NCBI GenBank assembly: GCA_046290225.1
Contig: JBKAGE010000036.1
Span: 96,001 to 160,000 of the forward strand
Direction of reading: 5' to 3'
Origin: Bradymonadia bacterium
GTDB taxonomy: Bacteria > Myxococcota_A > Bradymonadia > UBA7976 > UBA1532
DNA length: 64,000 nt
The first letter of the stretch is position 1; each line of letters starts with the position of its first letter. Position numbers and translations under genes: made by a program. Below the pieces are notes generated by a model. It worked only from the letters and a program-made list of their open reading frames with translations. It searched no databases and had not been told where the DNA came from. This document shows, one piece after another, positions 61,377 through 64,000 of this stretch.

Positions 61377-62345
61377 TCAGTGGTTGGCCTTGAACCAGTT
61401 CACAGTCTCTTCGATGCCTGCCTCGAGAGAGATGCGCGCCGAAAAGCCCAGACGCTCTGCGGCGCGAGACACGTCGAGCACTCGACGGGGTTGCCCGTCG
61501 GGCTTGGTGGTGTCCCACATGACATGGCCCTCATACCCCGCAGCGCGGGCGATGAGTGCGCTGAGATCTTTGATGGGGGTCTCTACACCCGTGCCGAGGT
61601 TCATCGGCGCAGGGCCCACGTCCTGGGCCAGCGCCAGAGCGATGCCCCGAGCGGCGTCACGGATGTGCAGGAACTCACGACTCGGGGTGCCGGTGCCCCA
61701 GTTCACCACCTCGGGCGTCCCGGCGCGGGCGGCCTCGACGAAGCGGCGAATCAGCGCCGCCACCACGTGACTGTGGCTGGGGTCGAAGTGATCTTCGGGG
61801 CCATACAGGTTCGCGGGGATCACCACGCTGCTGTTCACACCATATTGGCGCTGATAGGTCTCACACGCTTCGTGCAACAGCCGCTTGGCCATGCCGTAGG
61901 GCCCAGTGGCCCCTGTGGGCGGCCCACCCCAGATCGAGTCTTCCTGCTGGGGCAACGGGGCATCTTGCGGGTATGCACAGGTGGTGCTGATGAGGACCAG
62001 CTTCTCGGTGCCGGCCTGACGGGCCTCTTCGAGCATCATCAGGCCCATCATGGCGTTCTCGTAGAGGAACCGGCCTGGGTTCTCCACGTTGGCGCCGATG
62101 CCTCCACACGCAGCAGCGAGATGCACCACTGCTCGAGGCTTCACCTCACGGTAGAGCGCCCGGACCTCGGATTGCTCGATGAGGTTGTAGTCCGCGCTGC
62201 CGAGGGCCACCACTTCAGCGCCGTGATCAGTCAAGGCCTCGCAGACATACCGGCCGAGGAACCCGCGGCCCCCAGTCACAGCCACCCGCATGTCTCGAAA
62301 AGAATGAGCGAGCAGGATGCGCTCGTCGTCCGGGGAGAGACTCAT
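61377..62345 (-). CDS. fcl: GDP-L-fucose synthase
   Basis: TGGRGFLG, HLAAACGGIGAN, PYGMAKR, NLYGPEDHFDPSHSHV, WGTGTPSREFLH, KPDGQPRR. Confidence 0.92.
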   Translation of the reverse strand: MSLSPDDERILLAHSFRDMRVAVTGGRGFLGRYVCEALTDHGAEVVALGSADYNLIEQSEVRALYREVKPRAVVHLAAACGGIGANVENPGRFLYENAMMGLMMLEEARQAGTEKLVLISTTCAYPQDAPLPQQEDSIWGGPPTGATGPYGMAKRLLHEACETYQRQYGVNSSVVIPANLYGPEDHFDPSHSHVVAALIRRFVEAARAGTPEVVNWGTGTPSREFLHIRDAARGIALALAQDVGPAPMNLGTGVETPIKDLSALIARAAGYEGHVMWDTTKPDGQPRRVLDVSRAAERLGFSARISLEAGIEETVNWFKANH

Positions 62346-63328
62346 GCCCCGGTGGCCTTGGCCAGGAAGTGGTCCGCATACCAGCGGGCCGTACGGGCGA
62401 GGCCTTCTTTGAGCGACACCTGCGGATCGTAGCCCAGGCCCCGGAGCTTGCCGATGGCCGGACACCTACGCTTGGTGCCCCCCTCTCGCAGCGGCCCGGG
62501 GATCACGTTGAGCGTCACCCCGAGGGCCTCACCGATGCCTTCCACGAGGGCCTTGATGGAGATCTCTTCTTCGACGCCGAGGTGATAAATCTCACCATCA
62601 CCACCGTCGAGACCCGCGATGACCGCACCCCGAGCCCCATCGTCGATGTAGCAGAACGCCCGGGTCTCCGATCCGTCGCCCTGAATCGGCAGATCGATGG
62701 CCGTCTTCGTAAGGCCTTCAGACAACCGCACGATGCGCTCCACGATCTCGGGGATCACGTGCTCGAAGCCCATGTCGGGGCCATAGATGTTGTGGGGTCG
62801 GAAGATTGAGGTCTCCAGACCGCGCTTCCCGCCAAAGTGCAGCGTGAGCAGCTCGCTGGTGATCTTGCCGCCGCCATAGCTGAAGCGGGGGTTGGTCACG
62901 TCGGGGATCATGAGCCGCTCGGACTCGTCCGTGGGCACATGGGTGGGGGTGTTGTAGGTCTCCGACGTGCTGGCGAGGACATAGCGACGCACGCCGCAGG
63001 CCAGGGCAGCGTCGAGGGTGTTGATGGCCCCCTTCACACCCACCTCGAGCACATCGTCGGGGCGCTCGTAGAAATAGCGCGTGCCGTTGATGTAGGCCAG
63101 ATGCCAGACCACCTCGCAGCCCTCGGTGGCTTTGAGGACCGCCTCGGCGTCGCGGACGTCACCCTGCACCAGCTCCATGTTGCCTTCGATCCCCGCCAGG
63201 CGACCGGAGCGGCCTCGGGAGTGATCGTCGAGGACCCTGACGTGGTGACCTTCACTGCAGAGCTCTTTGACCAGGGCAGCGCCGATGAAACCGGAGCCGC
63301 CGGTGACCAGCATCTTCATTCCGCTCAT
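62342..63328 (-). CDS. NAD-dependent nucleotide-sugar epimerase/dehydratase/decarboxylase
   Basis: TGGSGFIG, ASTSETY, PRFSYGGGK, RPHNIYGP, GDGSETRAFCYIDD. Confidence 0.9.
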   Translation of the reverse strand: MSGMKMLVTGGSGFIGAALVKELCSEGHHVRVLDDHSRGRSGRLAGIEGNMELVQGDVRDAEAVLKATEGCEVVWHLAYINGTRYFYERPDDVLEVGVKGAINTLDAALACGVRRYVLASTSETYNTPTHVPTDESERLMIPDVTNPRFSYGGGKITSELLTLHFGGKRGLETSIFRPHNIYGPDMGFEHVIPEIVERIVRLSEGLTKTAIDLPIQGDGSETRAFCYIDDGARGAVIAGLDGGDGEIYHLGVEEEISIKALVEGIGEALGVTLNVIPGPLREGGTKRRCPAIGKLRGLGYDPQVSLKEGLARTARWYADHFLAKATGA

Positions 63329-64000
63329 GAAGAGGCCTCTCCTTCGATGGTGTCGGCCGCGCTCTCCCCAGAGGATGCAGGGAGGAGCGCCTTGGCCTGG
63401 TAGAAGATCTGGTCGATCCCGCCCACGTTCCACAGATCGGCGATCCAGGCGTGGGGCCGGGTGCGGGCGAGCCGACGCAGCTCTGCGTCATACCCCGTGT
63501 GGTTGGTGGCCACAAATACGCAGTCCACGTCTTCGAGGGCCCGGGCGATGGGCCAGTTCCGCACAGTGCGCCCCGTGTCCTCGATGGCCTCGGGCAGGTT
63601 GTGATCAGTGATCCTGATCCAGCTGGGCAGGGCCCGCTCGATGTATCGGTGCAGCTTCGGCGCGAGGCTGTCGCGGATGTCGTCAGTGTCCTGCTTGAAG
63701 CTGTACCCCAAGATCGCCACCTTCTGATCGTGCAGCTCGGTGCGCTGCTGCAGGTGATTCACCAGGAACGCGGGGATGTACTCGTTCATCTTCCACGCCG
63801 ACAGCAACATGTCGGGGTATGGGCTCCACTCGTTGATCATGCCGAAGTCTTTGCGCAGGCACGTGCCGGCGGTGAAGCCCGGCCGGGCGATGCTGCTCCG
63901 GGGATACTTGTGGTTCGCCATGCGGCGAATCTCGTAGATGTTGGCCCCGAAGGTGTCGGCGACGAGAGCGAACTGGTTGGCCACGGCAAAGTGCACGTAC
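63325..64000 (-). CDS. UDP-glucose/GDP-mannose dehydrogenase family protein, C-terminal part (5' end outside the window)
   Basis: PGFTAGTCLRKD, VAILGYSFKQDTDDIRDS, VATNHTGY. Confidence 0.9.
   Translation of the reverse strand, partial: YVHFAVANQFALVADTFGANIYEIRRMANHKYPRSSIARPGFTAGTCLRKDFGMINEWSPYPDMLLSAWKMNEYIPAFLVNHLQQRTELHDQKVAILGYSFKQDTDDIRDSLAPKLHRYIERALPSWIRITDHNLPEAIEDTGRTVRNWPIARALEDVDCVFVATNHTGYDAELRRLARTRPHAWIADLWNVGGIDQIFYQAKALLPASSGESAADTIEGEASS

Overview
GC-rich chromosomal window. Gene content suggests a Myxococcota/deltaproteobacterial host; this is inferred from Cys/Asp-rich surface lipoproteins, sigma54 circuits and prfB-lysS-lolC/E-lolD-bamA-skp-lpxD-lpxA synteny. It holds about 55 CDSs, mostly housekeeping and envelope genes, plus two tRNAs (Val-CAC, Arg-CCG), prfB with its +1 frameshift, and an Rpn nuclease with a likely intragenic antitoxin start. 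The most striking unexplained signal is a family of exactly 165-bp rod-like hairpin elements at 28347-28511, 28726-28890, 57145-57309 and 58788-58952, plus a degenerate half copy at about 58642-58724. Their stems covary between copies and fold well only on the strand antisense to the neighbouring gene. They sit at or within 5 nt of stop codons and occur as two inverted pairs. One pair brackets small cargo genes, including an SMR efflux pump, and an orphan, synonymously diverged copy of the 3' end of the adjacent ferredoxin gene. Other points of interest are a self-contained sigma54 GAF-activator/MBL-hydrolase module with visible promoter, IHF-like site and tandem UAS, and several degenerate enzyme homologues (Ser-less lipase, DxD-less GT2 fused to a methyltransferase, KH-degenerate PNPase). 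All calls are by eye; no database searches were run.
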